Below, piece by piece: positions 28,621-41,788 of a stretch of 64,000 nt of DNA; positions within the stretch are counted from its first letter, which is position 1; the number at the start of each line of letters is the position of its first letter. The stretch spans positions 50,964,001-51,028,000 of the forward strand of contig OX597819.1 of NCBI GenBank assembly GCA_951406725.2, given 5' to 3'. The notes beneath the pieces were generated by a model. It saw only the letters and a list, made by a program, of their open reading frames with translations, was not told where the DNA came from and did no database searches. The position numbers and the translations under genes are program-made. This DNA comes from Octopus vulgaris. Lineage: Eukaryota.

Positions 28621-29389
28621 GCAGAACATTTTGTTTGCTCAGCACCTCAAAAGGTAAACTATCTATTGGTTTGTAACTGAGTCATATTTAGTTAGTTGGA
28701 TCGATCAATTACTTTCTTTCTTTCTTTCTTTCTTCTGGTTTCCATTTTGTCTGCTGGGACCATTAAGCATTCCGGATTGTAGGAAATTGTACGTTCCGCT
28801 CCTTAATGCAAACTTACCCCCATATAAACAATGATGAAGTGTCATTAGTACCAGTAATATACCAAGACTGTGTCCCCTTATTATTTTACATTCAATTATG
28901 TATATTTAAAAAAAGAGCTCATTATAGGCTTCTTACATGAGTACACGACGTCACGGCCACACATTTTCTGTTATAAAATGATAATACCCAAACACACACA
29001 CACACACACCATATAATTGAAGAAAACTATGTAAAACTATACAATATTCTTAATAATCACTAACGAATTTTACTTAGTAAAAACTGTTGCAAAGGAAGCT
29101 TCTCTCTGTTGTTACTCGCACTGCTAGAAATAGCTAGTAGGCCGAAGGTCTTCAGATGCGAAGCGACTCAGCAAGGAATATTTCAATCATGAATGGTAGT
29201 ACGCAACTGGAATAATGGCCTAAACGTATGCGGTTATTGTGTTGGATTAGCTGATAGAAGAGTGGGGTTCAAAATCTCACAAACCTTCTCTAGTTTTCAT
29301 AACTCTTCCGCAAATAGCATTTGGATTTTAAGTACCATCTATTGTAAACTTGGGCAAACTGCAGTGAATCACTTGGATCGTACTCTTAA

Positions 29390-29910
29390 CCCCTTGACAA
29401 CGGTTGACGCAAATGTGCGATTACACTTTAGCTTGGCTACCCGCGGTTAACGTAAATATACGTTGTAGAGCAACCCTACATCTATCACGGACTTTTTAGC
29501 GGCTGACGTGTGTTTCCGTTCGCTATCGTGTACTTTATCTCTTGAGGTGCGCACGCTCGCCGTCCCGTGCATTATCTTAGCTATTGTAGGTTACGTTCAA
29601 GTCATGAGACTAGCAGTAGACCAATGACATGCGGATACTTTACATGCATAATACCGTGCTTTGAGTTGTACTACACGCAAGTTATTTTATGAAATTGAGC
29701 AGAATAACTCGTGCATATCATATGATAAATAGCTTCATATTGTTCGTTTTCATAAACCGGTAGACTTAAATGTACGACGCTACGTTATTGTAACGTCGAA
29801 CGTAAATATACGCGAGCTCGTTGGCACTTGTGTGTTTGTGTGGCCTCATTAGATAAAAAAAAAACTGGAGCATTGTCTCGCATGATTCGGGTAATACCGG
29901 CGTCAAGGGG
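29390..29910. mobile_element. piggyBac-like non-autonomous element
   Basis: TTAA on both sides (29386-29389, 29911-29914); TIR CCCCTTGAC..CGG / CCG..GTCAAGGGG; internal repeat AACGTAAATATACG twice. Confidence 0.8.
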
Positions 29911-30014
29911 TTAACAGAATTTCCAGTATGTTATTGTAAGTTTCCAGAGTTTCATATTGGTTAGCTACACAGAGAAACCTCAAATTTGGGGCATTGCCTG
30001 GTCAACTGAATAGA

Positions 30015-30235
30015 GGCGCATGGCTTAGTGGTTAGAGTGTTGGACTCAAGATCAGGATATCGTAGTTTCGATTCTTGGACCGGGCGATGCCTTGTGTTCT
30101 TGAGCAAAACGCTTCATTTCACGTTGCTCCAGTTCACCCAGCTGGCAAACATGAGTAATCTTGCGAAGGACCAGCGTCCTGTCCAAGGAGGAACACATAC
30201 TCCAGAGAAACCAGTAAAACCAACCCTGTGCTCCT
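30015..30235 (+). mobile_element. SINE family B, diverged
   Basis: tRNA-like head and shared body. Confidence 0.75.
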
Positions 30236-31983
30236 TAAAGAATTATCCTTTCTGCTATAAGCACAAGACCTGAAATTTGGGGAGGGGGAGAGTTGTTTGC
30301 ATCGCCCCCCCACCCCCCAGTGTGCAACTGGTACTTAGTTTATCGACCCCGAAAGGATGAAAGCCAAAGTCGACTTTAAAGAATAATGTGAACTAGCCAG
30401 GGTCAACCTACGTAAGAATAATGGGTACTGAATGAGTTGAGAGACATGGAGAGCTGTGCATGTGTATTTGCGATGACAATACCATTATGATGTCAGAAAT
30501 ATCGGAAATCGAGGATGTCGGTGCAATTTTGAAGAAGTACCAGGAGCTTAAGAGAAAAAAATGCAGTCGGTGGACTTCAACTCGACCCCTGAGTTCATGA
30601 TCTCTGTTGCTGTACTGAGGGTCCAGGTAAAGTACTCGGGTACGGAGGGCTAAAAACTAGGTCGCGAGCAGAGAAGCCACTGCCTACTCAGAAAAGGATT
30701 CTGTATGTGTGAAATAGAGTGCGTGCGTGCGTAGCTATGTGTTTCAGAGACAAAAGGTGTATGTATCGCACACACATATACACGCGCACACACATACACA
30801 AATGCACACACGCACATACATGCACATGCACATATACACACACACATACATACACACACACACACAAGCACAGGTTCGCACATATACCTCCAACAAACAA
30901 TACACATACAGTCACGCACATAATTATACACACATGGGCACAAACACACACGCACACACACAAGCATGCGCACGCACATACACACAGGTACGCACATTAC
31001 GCCTACACAAACCTCACAAACCCTCACACACCAACCCGCGCACTCACCTATACATATACATACACACACAATATATGCATACACGCGCACACACACATAC
31101 ACATACGTATACACATATAGACACAGACACACACAAACATGCGCACACATACGCACGCGCGTATGCACACGAATGCACACACCTAACACTCACAACCCAG
31201 GGATACACGTATACTAACACACATACGCATACACGCACACACATACACACGCGCACATACATGCACACACAACTACACGCACATATGACACGCACATACA
31301 TACACACAAATGAACCCATACATATCTCCCATACATACAGCACACACTCATACATATACGCACACAATTATACATACATGCATACACACATACACACATA
31401 CAAGCACACACGCACACAAACACAAAGTAAAGCACACGAACAAACACATACATACACACACACAGAGACTGTAAACAAGACACACACACAATACATGTCA
31501 TACACGCACACACACATACTTCAAACTGACCATTCTTCTACGCACATGGGTAGGTAGACACAAGAGCCACTCCTATCATTCTTCCTTGACCTTAAACGAT
31601 ACTAAGCTCAACTACACACGTAGAGTAAGTCATCTCACACACACACAGACACACGTACTATCATTACACACACACACATATACACACACACAACCTGCGG
31701 GCACGCACATATCCACACTTACACACACATACCTCCTTCTCATGCACTCTCCTGTCTTTGAAAGAACTTTTTCTTTACCCATTCCCTTCCGGTCATTCAA
31801 AATGTGACCGCGTGTGTATTGTTGGCGATTTTTTTGGATCTTTCCTTTTCCTATGTTTCTGACGCAGAGCTCCGCTTGAAACATTAAATCCTCCTTTCTT
31901 TCCTTTCCTGAGCGTCCAATAACACTATACTTGTTCCAGGTCCTCGGGTTGTTCTGTTTTCTCTTTTGTTTTCATGTTTAGAT

Positions 31984-32053
<70 letters not shown>

Positions 32054-32054
<1 letters not shown>

Positions 32055-32285
32055 GGAGTAAGCACATAAATGTGAAACAAATTGGAAAAAGAGTACTCAA
32101 ATACCAGAGGTAGAGTAATATGCTTTATTTAAAAGCAGCAGAAATATAACAAAAGCTGTTACTCAGAGTTTCACGTTCCCGTTCGTCGGTTAGTTTTTGT
32201 TAACAAAAACTGTCCGACGAACGGGAACGTGAAATTCTAAGTTACAGCTTTTGTTATTTTTCTGCTGCTTTTAAATAAAGCATAT
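32054..32285. mobile_element. pLTR-like fold-back: 168-bp spacerless palindrome carrying two variant hammerheads
   Basis: 32118-32285 palindrome centred on GTT|AAC; each arm has CCGACGA-ACG-GGAA-CGT-GAAA followed by AATAAA; abuts (TA)n. Confidence 0.75.
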
Positions 32286-32714
32286 ACATATATATATATT
32301 TCGACCCAACCCCAACCTGACACATCCACCATACCACACAACACACCATCAGCACTGACCAATTCCCAGACCCACATTTTCACACCTACATATACACACA
32401 CGCCCCCGTCAAGATTACCAGCCCTCTTCCACACGCATATACAAACTCTCTTATGCTTACGCACACGCACCTTCGTTTTGAGATCACCACCACTTTATTA
32501 TCCCCCCCCTTTTCCTTAGTACTCCTGTATGACCCTTCTGTCCGTCATTCTTTACTTTCTCTCCTGTGTTTCTTTCTGTGGAAACGTTAAAGACTTTTTC
32601 ACTTATAACTGAGCGTTATACTAATACATCTGTTTGTTGTCTACACCACCTGTCTTCGTCTTTGTTTTTTTTTTTGTGTGAATTCTCCCTATATATATGT
32701 GTGTGTGTGTATTC

Positions 32715-32801
<87 letters not shown>

Positions 32802-32919
32802 CGTTCAGCAAAAATTTAAATTCAGATGAATATGGTACCAGAATTTGGTATGGTATTATCCATATAAATCAAATGGGGTGATTATAATCAAGATAATCAA
32901 CAAGGATATCCAAAGGTAG

Positions 32920-33007
32920 TGTAGTACAATCGTTTCATGCTACTTCATTTAATTATACAATGTAAGTATTACATCAGTTTTAAAATGTAGAGCACTCTTC
33001 AGCCACA
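32920..33007 (-). ncRNA. Type I hammerhead ribozyme motif in pLTR-like module (32803-33010; homologue 38020-38224)
   Basis: Helix I UGUGG/CUACA, CUGAAGA, helix II GUGCU/AGCAU, GAAA, helix III ACGAUUGU (ACGAUCGU in the homologue), GUA. Confidence 0.75.
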
Positions 33008-33349
33008 TAAGGAATTTTTTTAAATTAAATTGACAATGTTCATTTTTATACTTGTTCCATTTGCCAACATTATAAAGAGGGTAGGTATATAGACAGAGAA
33101 GTGAATTTCATCAATAAAAACATGGTAGTAGAAGTTCTTAATTCATGGGCAGGTTTTTTATCACTTAGTTCACTTTGTTATTTAGATTTACCTATGGGGA
33201 GGGGGTTTTCTATCAAGTTCAGTGGAGACAATCAATAATTTTTCTATTTATAGATAGAGGAAGGGGCAGTTTAAATGGCAGAGCCATAAATCCAATCCTT
33301 TTATGAGGAATTTAACTTTGGTACATTTGACTGCATTTTAGCTAAAGTT

Positions 33350-33789
33350 AGTAGTTGTTGGGATTTTGCGTTGTCTATTTCTTTGCGTTTAGTTTAACCC
33401 AGTATTTGCCACAAAGGGCTTTCCTTGCCATCATTTTACCATCATCCATTGTTGTTCCAATTTTAGTTTGGACTTCAGTTGTTTTACAGCTTTTGTTGTT
33501 TCTTCTTTTTCTTAATTATTGTTAGGTACTATGACTTCTTTTTTGTATTTGTCAGCTTCCTTAAAGACTGAAAATAGTTTTTTGTTTTGTTCGTGTTTTG
33601 TGGCAATTTGTATTAGTTTTCCTTGCTTCGGAAGTAGATATTTTTGCAGTCCTATGGTGTTTATTTTGTAATAGTTTTCTAGAGGTCTAAGGCCTTTACC
33701 ACCTTCCATACGTTTAATATATAACCTTTCTATGTCAGATTTTGGGTAGTGAATCTTAAATCCTGTCATTATTTTTCTTGTTTCCTGTC

Positions 33790-33790
<1 letters not shown>
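33350..33790 (-). pseudogene. R4/Dong internal fragment (post-RT region)
   Basis: DRKTRKIMTGFKIHYPKSDIERLYIKRMEGGKGL aligns with DRKTRKLLTSRSMHHPKADVDRLYLPRSSGGRGM of the neighbouring element. Confidence 0.85.
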
Positions 33791-33820
<30 letters not shown>

Positions 33821-33822
33821 TT

Positions 33823-33853
<31 letters not shown>

Positions 33854-33868
33854 AATAATAATGATAAT

Positions 33869-35592
33869 AAGTTAATAAACCACCTTTTTTATATGGACGA
33901 TCTAAAGCTGTTTGCCAAGAATGACCAAGAGCTAGAAGGGCTGCTAACAACTGTTAAAGAGTTTAGCAATAATAATCGGAATGGATTTTGGCCTTGATAA
34001 GTGTGCTAAAGCAACTTTTGTAAGAGGCAAGCTCAGGCAAACAGCTTCTGTTAAATTAGATATTGACACTACCATCAAGGAACTTGACCCACAAGAAAGC
34101 TACAAATACCTAGGAATCAACGAAGGAGATGGTATACATCATGCTACTATGAAGGAAAAAATAAGAAAGGAGTACTATAGGAGAATAAGGCTTGTACTGA
34201 AGACTGAACTCAACTCCAAAAATTGCATTGAGGCCATTAACACCCTGGCACTTCCAGTAGTCCAGTACAGTTTTAACATCATTAACTGGAACCTTACGGA
34301 ACTCCAACGCTTGGACAGGAAGACAAGAAAGTTACTGACATCCAGGAGCATGCACCACCCTAAGGCAGATGTAGACCGCTTGTACCTACCTAGAAGCAGC
34401 GGGGGGAGAGGAATGATGCAATTGGAGCTGTGCTATAAGACCTCTACTGTAGGAATGAACAGGTATCTATCTAGTACAAAAGACTGGATGCTGCGACTTG
34501 TGTGTGAACACGAAAGCAGCAAAAAGCTGCATTCTATTGTCAAGGAAGCTTATAAGTTCGAAAGGGAACTAGGCATTAACCTTGAATCAGGTGAAGAGCC
34601 AGAAACCACTGCTACCAAGCAAGCAAAGCGAATCAGGCAGACTGCAAAAAAGAATGGGCAGAATCAAATTGAGAGGCGGTGGAGCCAGAAGCCCCTGCAT
34701 GGACAATACATTCTCCGAAGCCAAAATGCTGATGTAGACCAAGCAACAACCCATCAGTGGCTGAAGAGTTCTGGATTGAAAGCAGAGACTGAAGGCTTCA
34801 TAATGGCAGCACAAGATCAAAGCTTGTTTACCAGAAATTACCAGGCTAACGTTCTCCGAAACGGTACTGACCCTAAATGCAGATTCTGTGACACATTTGA
34901 CGAAACAATAGACCATCTCGTTTCGGGATGTCCTGTGCTGACACCAAACGAATACAAAAATCGCCACGATAGGGTAGGACAGTATATACATTGGAAGATA
35001 TGTAAACACTACAAATCCGACACTCCTGCTAACTGGTATGAACACCATCCTCAGCCAGTTGTTGAAGGTAAAGATGTCACCATCCTCTGGGATTTTCCAG
35101 TCAACACTGACAGAACGATCAAGGCTAATCGACCAGACATAATTGTTAAAGACAGGGAAGAAAATACCTGCAGACTAATAGAAGTAAGCGTCCCCACTGA
35201 TAAAAATGTATCTGTCAAGGAATTTGACAAACTTAGTAAATATAAGGACCTGGAAATCGAAATACAGAGGATGTGGAATCTTAAAACAAAAACTGTTCCT
35301 GTTATTGTAGGTGCCCTAGGTATGATAAAAAAGGGATGTCAGAAACACCTAGACAATATCCCTGGAAAACCATGTCTCAAGGAAATCCAAAAGATTGTGC
35401 TAACAAGTACTGCCCACATCCTTAGAAAAACCCTATCAATGTAAATGTTTGTGTTTGTATTACATGGAGATATTTCTCTACTTCCCCTCCCCAAGCTTTC
35501 AGCTATATTTCAACAACTCTTAACCTTCACTTGCCCTAGGGCGCTGGGTGTGCCCCGGCAGGTGATTGCATCAAACATGCAGATTAAAAGTA
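33869..35592 (+). mobile_element. 5'-truncated R4/Dong-type retrotransposon: RT C-terminal half, CCHC, RLE, 3' UTR
   Basis: HLFYMDDLKLF (RT catalytic motif), one frameshift near 33975, then open 487-aa ORF 33981-35444 with CRFCDTFDETIDHLVSGC, RHD, RPDII..IEVSVP..K..KY; (TAA)n on both flanks. Confidence 0.95.
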
Positions 35593-35691
<99 letters not shown>

Positions 35692-35856
35692 TCATCATAA
35701 TAGTACTGTCTGTCTGATGTCCTTGTGACTTGACAAACAGTCGAAACCCCCGGTAGACACAATATCTTCAAACAATCTCACGATATTGTATAGTGTATAG
35801 TGTGCAACATCTATGATAATAATAATATACATATTTCTTCATTGGTTATTTTGATA

Positions 35857-35869
<13 letters not shown>

Positions 35870-35889
<20 letters not shown>

Positions 35890-35991
35890 TTCTTCTTCTT
35901 CTTCTTCTTCTTCTTCTTCTTCTTCTTCTTCTTCTTCTTCTTCTTCTTCTTCTTCTTCTTCTTCTTCTTCTTCTTCTTCTTCTTCTTCTTC
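35870..35991 (+). repeat. (CTT)n microsatellite
   Basis: Pure array. Confidence 0.95.
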
Positions 35992-36373
35992 CACCTTCAC
36001 CTCCTTCTCCTCTTCCGCTTTATCCTGTTCTTATGTTCTTTGTTGATAGATATCACGAATATATATATATATTTGTCCAACGAAATCTCCGTCATTTCTT
36101 CTGATCTCTTCCAAGAATCTTCTTCCTTGCCGTCGCACAAGTATCCCACCTCCATATTCCCATACTGCACCACTGCCACCATCGCCGCCGCATTACAGCT
36201 ATGTTGTTGTTTTTCTTCCCATCTTTTGAGAACACCTGAATAAATGTTTCCTTTTTTTTTCCAAAGATATTCAGAAGCTCATCAAAGATAGTTGGTACCA
36301 ATGAAAGAGATATTTGGCACCCTTCTAAAGACAACACGAACTCTTTCAAAGACACAATATCATAGACTTATTA

Positions 36374-36442
<69 letters not shown>

Positions 36443-37223
36443 TTGTGTCTGTTTGTGTGTGAGTGATGTTGCGTGTGAGTGTGTGTGTGTGTACGTGTGT
36501 ACGTGTGAGTGCATAAAAGAGACCTCACACACCACACTGTATACATACACACGTACGCACATATATACACACATATCTGTGTGTTGGCCTGCAAGCGCGG
36601 GCACACACATAGACATATTTACATACACACAGGTGAATGCATGTATACGTGCATATATGTATGTATGTACGTACGTATGTATGTACATGCAGTTCGCCAT
36701 TCATACACATAAAATGGCTTCACAGATGGCTAACGCAAGAAAAATATAGCGATGCAAGCATAGTGTTATATTCATTTTTGTTGAGGAATTTGTTCGTCGC
36801 ACAGTTCCACATTCACAAACGCGGTCTTATACACATCTAGACACACATTTACAGAAAAGCACACATATGCACCTATACATACAACCACAGACGTACTCGT
36901 GCGCACTCACAGTTATATACAAAGACACATATTATATTATTATATATGTGTATGAGTATATACATACACGTTATATATATATATATATAAATTTTATTTC
37001 GTAATGAGATAAAATACCAAGGCTGTGTAGATTTTAGAACATTTATAGATAGAAGGTCTTACAGGTCCTTCTATCTATAAAATTTTTAAATACACACGCT
37101 GACATATGACCAAGATTGAAACCCTTCTTCGCGTAATCACCGAACCTGGAACTTAACTGCGGTCCATCTATAGCACTTATTCAGCATTACTTGTCACCTT
37201 TGGGTTTCAATGACACCATTACC

Positions 37224-37278
<55 letters not shown>

Positions 37279-37279
37279 T

Positions 37280-37617
37280 CGGGGAGGGGACCCCCTTCGG
37301 TCACGACACTGACCATGGGATTGCAACTAGAAAGTTACCCTCCTAGTCACAAGTCTGGGCAAGGTGGTTTATGGAAGACCAGCAGTCACCCATGCATACC
37401 GGCCTCCCCTCTCCACGCCATCAGTGTATCCAAGGGAAAGGCAAAGGCGATACAGCTTGGCACCTGTGACGTCGCAACTCATTTCTACAGCTGAGCGAAC
37501 TGGAGCAACGTGAAATAAAGTGTCTTGCTCAAGAACACAACACGCAGCCCGGTCCGGGATTCGAGCTCACAACCTCACGATCGTAAGCTCGACGCTCTAA
37601 CCATTGAGCCATGCGCC
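37280..37617 (-). mobile_element. SINE family B, full length
   Basis: Reverse complement of the 8223-8538 type. Confidence 0.85.
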
Positions 37618-37694
<77 letters not shown>

Positions 37695-37970
37695 ATATAC
37701 ATACATACATACATACATACATACATACACATTGTCCAATGGGGGGGGGGGGTATTTGTCCTCGGCTGGGTGTGGGGGGCAAATTGTCTTCGGTTGGGAG
37801 GCAAGTGTCCTGATACGATATATGTATGCATACATATTTGTTTGTGTGTGTGCGTGTATAGCTAGATGGGCGTATTGATATATGTATATAAATCGAAATA
37901 GTGGTACCCGCAAATGTATATATATATATAAATGAACACATGCGTACAGATGCACTTACATATATACAGC

Positions 37971-38005
<35 letters not shown>

Positions 38006-38852
38006 TTATACTTTCGTAGTATGGGAGATAAGTTCAGCAAAAATTAAGATTCAGATGAATAAGTTGAGGCAACAGAATTTAGTAAGTTATTAGCCATACA
38101 ATTTCAAAGTAAGGTGAGAAAAATCAAAATAAGGGACAAGGATATCCAGAGGAAATGCAGTACGATCGTTGCATGAAACGATCGTACTGCGTTACCTATG
38201 GAAATCCTTGCAGCTTATTTTGATATATATATGAGTGGGTATTGAAAGGTTCCTGGCTTTGGGTAAAATACAGAAGGATGGATCAGTTAATTTCGATTTT
38301 ATTCAACATATCCGCCTCTCAAATTCACACATCTATTGCAGCCGTTCTCCAGTTTTTCTGAGCCCTGTAGAAGAACTCGAAAGACTGGGCCTCCAAACAG
38401 GCCTTTCGCGATACCCTTTAAGCCAGGAACTTTTCAGCATTCCTCGTATATATGTACTTACATATGTCTGTGCGCGCGTGTGTGTGTGTGTGTGTTGTGT
38501 GTGAGGAGCGTTGGCCTGCTCACCTAGCCATCGGGCTGGAAACGTTTAAAAGCTAAATCATTGCAAAACGCATTGTCACCCGCGATCTGTAACAGCATTT
38601 GATAGCCTGGTCGGTCACGTTATATATATATATGAAACAGTGTATTAACATTTCCGTAGTTAACTGAAGAATAATCAGGGTCCTATGTGTACGTTTTCTA
38701 GTAACTAATGAATTCTTCATTTATTGAATAACGGAACGCCACGCATCCCGAGATTTTTTAACAATAAGTTTATATACATATCATGAAATCGCATGAATCA
38801 TGTCCGAATTATTATTCAGGTCATTGTCTGGAATCGAATTTGGAATCTTAGG

Positions 38853-38926
<74 letters not shown>

Positions 38927-38928
38927 TG

Positions 38929-39014
<86 letters not shown>

Positions 39015-39060
39015 AACAGCAACATCGAAAAATATCTCCCATGTTCGAAATTTCCCCAAG

Positions 39061-39104
39061 ACACCTGAAGAAGGCTGGAGGGTATATCAGCCGAAACGTT
39101 GTGT
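39061..39104 (+). ncRNA. Minimal type I hammerhead motif (extra A after A9, loopless helix III)
   Basis: ACAC-CUGAAGA-A-GGCUG-loop-CAGCC-GAAAC-GUU-GUGU. Confidence 0.8.
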
Positions 39105-39279
39105 TAATAACAAACAAGATGAAGACAAAATGCGTCAAATGTGAATAATGTAAATAATGTACATAATTCCTCATCAAACTAAAGCACAACTCAAATAGGG
39201 CCTCCACGCAAAAACGGTTCTTCTTTTTGTGAGGTGAGATTGTATTGAGCTGCAACCAACTAATACAATACTTACTGCT

Positions 39280-39634
39280 CACACTTATTGCCAACAATTA
39301 GAGCGTTTGGATGCTGCTTTGAAGAAAAAATGCTTTCTTTTTGCGAATCGTAAGGAAGTGGTATTTCATCATGATAATGCCAGGCCCCACATTCCAAATA
39401 TTACATCAGAAAAAAATCAAGGAAACTGGCCGGGGAAAAAAAAAAAAAAAGATCCCTCACCCGCTTTCCTCTCCGGAACTTGCTATTTCTGTTAAATATT
39501 TGTTTCGAAGCTTAAAGAATTATTTACACGGATCATTCCTCAAAATCATCAATGAAGTCGAAAGTGACCTCTCTTCCTTCTCCTCATCAAAACTAAAAGA
39601 GTTTTCGCCAATGGAATTAAAAAGTAATCGATAA
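39280..39634 (+). pseudogene. Mariner transposase C-terminal remnant
   Basis: YCQQLERL..ALKKK..NRKEVVFHHDNARPH, then frameshifted HPLSSPELA...YLFRSLKNYL. Confidence 0.85.
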
Positions 39635-39874
39635 CTGTCTTTTTCTCTTTTACTTGTTTCAGTCATTTCACCGCGGCCATGCTGGAGCACCACCTTTAGT
39701 CAAGCAAATCAACCGGAGGACTTATTCTTTGTAAGCCTAGTAATTATTCTATCGGTCTCTTTTACCGAACCACTAAGTTACGGGTGCGTAAACACACCAC
39801 CATCGGTTGTCAAACGATGTTGGGGAGACAAACACCGACACACAAACACACACATACACACATACACACACGTG

Positions 39875-39944
<70 letters not shown>

Positions 39945-39946
<2 letters not shown>

Positions 39947-40176
39947 CTCTTTACTCTCTCTCTTTTACTCTTTTACTTGTTTCAGTCATTTGACTGAGGC
40001 CATGCTGAAGCACCGTTTTTAGTCGAGCAAATCGATCCCGGGACTTATTCTTTGTAAGCCCAGTACTTATTCTATCGGTCTCTTTTGCCGAACCGCTAAG
40101 TGACGGGGACGTAAACACACCAGCATCGGTTGTCAAGCAATGCAAGGGGGACAAACACAGACACACAAACACACGC

Positions 40177-40225
<49 letters not shown>

Positions 40226-40456
40226 TACGTTTAAATAGAAATACAAAATGGCTGACGGTTAGTAAGGAGAGACACAAGTAAGTGAGAAGAAAACAAAGGA
40301 CCACTGATGCGGTCACAGGAGTGTGACGAAAGAACTTTGGCCGAAATAAGATTAAGATTAATGTAAAAAATAAATATCACTGAAGCAAAATAACACCAAA
40401 TATATAGTGCGTGTGTTTTTATTGGCTAAACTGGCAATATGACCATTCCGAAATAT

Positions 40457-40527
<71 letters not shown>

Positions 40528-40690
40528 TACGACAGGCTTCTTTCAGTTTCCGTCTACCAAATCCACTCACAAGACATTGGTCGGCCCGAGGCTATAGTAG
40601 AATACACTTGCCGAAGGTGCCACGCAGTGGGACTGAACCCGGAACCATGTGGTTCGTAAGCAAGCTACTTACCACACACCCATTCCTGAT
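39945..40690 (-). mobile_element. SINE family A interrupted in its internal (TA)n by a 240-bp insert
   Basis: 3' half 39945-40180, foreign insert 40222-40461, 5' half 40528-40690. Confidence 0.85.
40301..40340 (+). ncRNA. Hammerhead-like motif with A9C substitution
   Basis: CCA-CUGAUGC-G-GUCACA-GGAG-UGUGAC-GAAAGAACUU-UGG; AATAAA ~30 nt downstream. Confidence 0.6.
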
Positions 40691-40798
40691 AGTAGTTATA
40701 AAAAGGGTGATTAAATTTTGATAAATGTAAGATTAAATCAATTTTATTCCATACCCAAAATTCGGACATTATTTATAGTGTGACATGATATATATGTA

Positions 40799-40854
<56 letters not shown>

Positions 40855-41254
40855 CTTTTATTCTCTCAGTTGCCTCAGCGCTTTGAAATGTTTGAGTCAA
40901 ACGAATCGACCGCAGGACTTATTCTTTTAAAGCTAAGCACTTATTCTATCCGCTTTTTCGTCGAATTGCCAAGTTACAGGAAACGTAAACACAACAACTC
41001 GGGTTGTCAAGCAATGATGGTGGGACAAACCCAGATACAAAGACACACACGCATACATACGTGCATATATGTGCGTGTGTGTATGCGACGGGCTTCTTTC
41101 AGTTTCCTTCAACCAAATCCACTTACGAGGGTTTGGTTGGCTCGGTGCTATAGTAGTAGAAAACACTTGCCCAAGGTGTCACGCAGTGAGTCTGAACCTG
41201 GAATCATGTGTTTAGGAAGCAAGCCTCTTATCACACAGCTATGACTGTACCTAT
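40855..41254 (-). mobile_element. SINE family A, diverged
   Basis: Homology to 19757-20194. Confidence 0.8.
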
Positions 41255-41412
41255 ATGTATAGTCGTATATCTACTTATTTGCGGACGCAGACACGCAAAC
41301 ACACACACAAACACCCCCACACACCCACACACACACATAGGTACAGTCATAGCTGTGTGATAAGAGGCTTGCTTCCTAAACACATGATCCCAGGTTCAGA
41401 CTCACTGCGTGG

Positions 41413-41477
<65 letters not shown>

Positions 41478-41540
41478 GTATATATATATATATATATGTA
41501 TATGTGTATATATATACATACATACATACATACATACATA

Positions 41541-41587
<47 letters not shown>

Positions 41588-41682
41588 CACCAGGTGGTGC
41601 TATTAAGTTAGACATGGCCTGGGCCAATAATGGCCGAAACCTATCAAAGTATCAAAGTATCAAAGTATATATATATATATAT

Positions 41683-41788
<106 letters not shown>

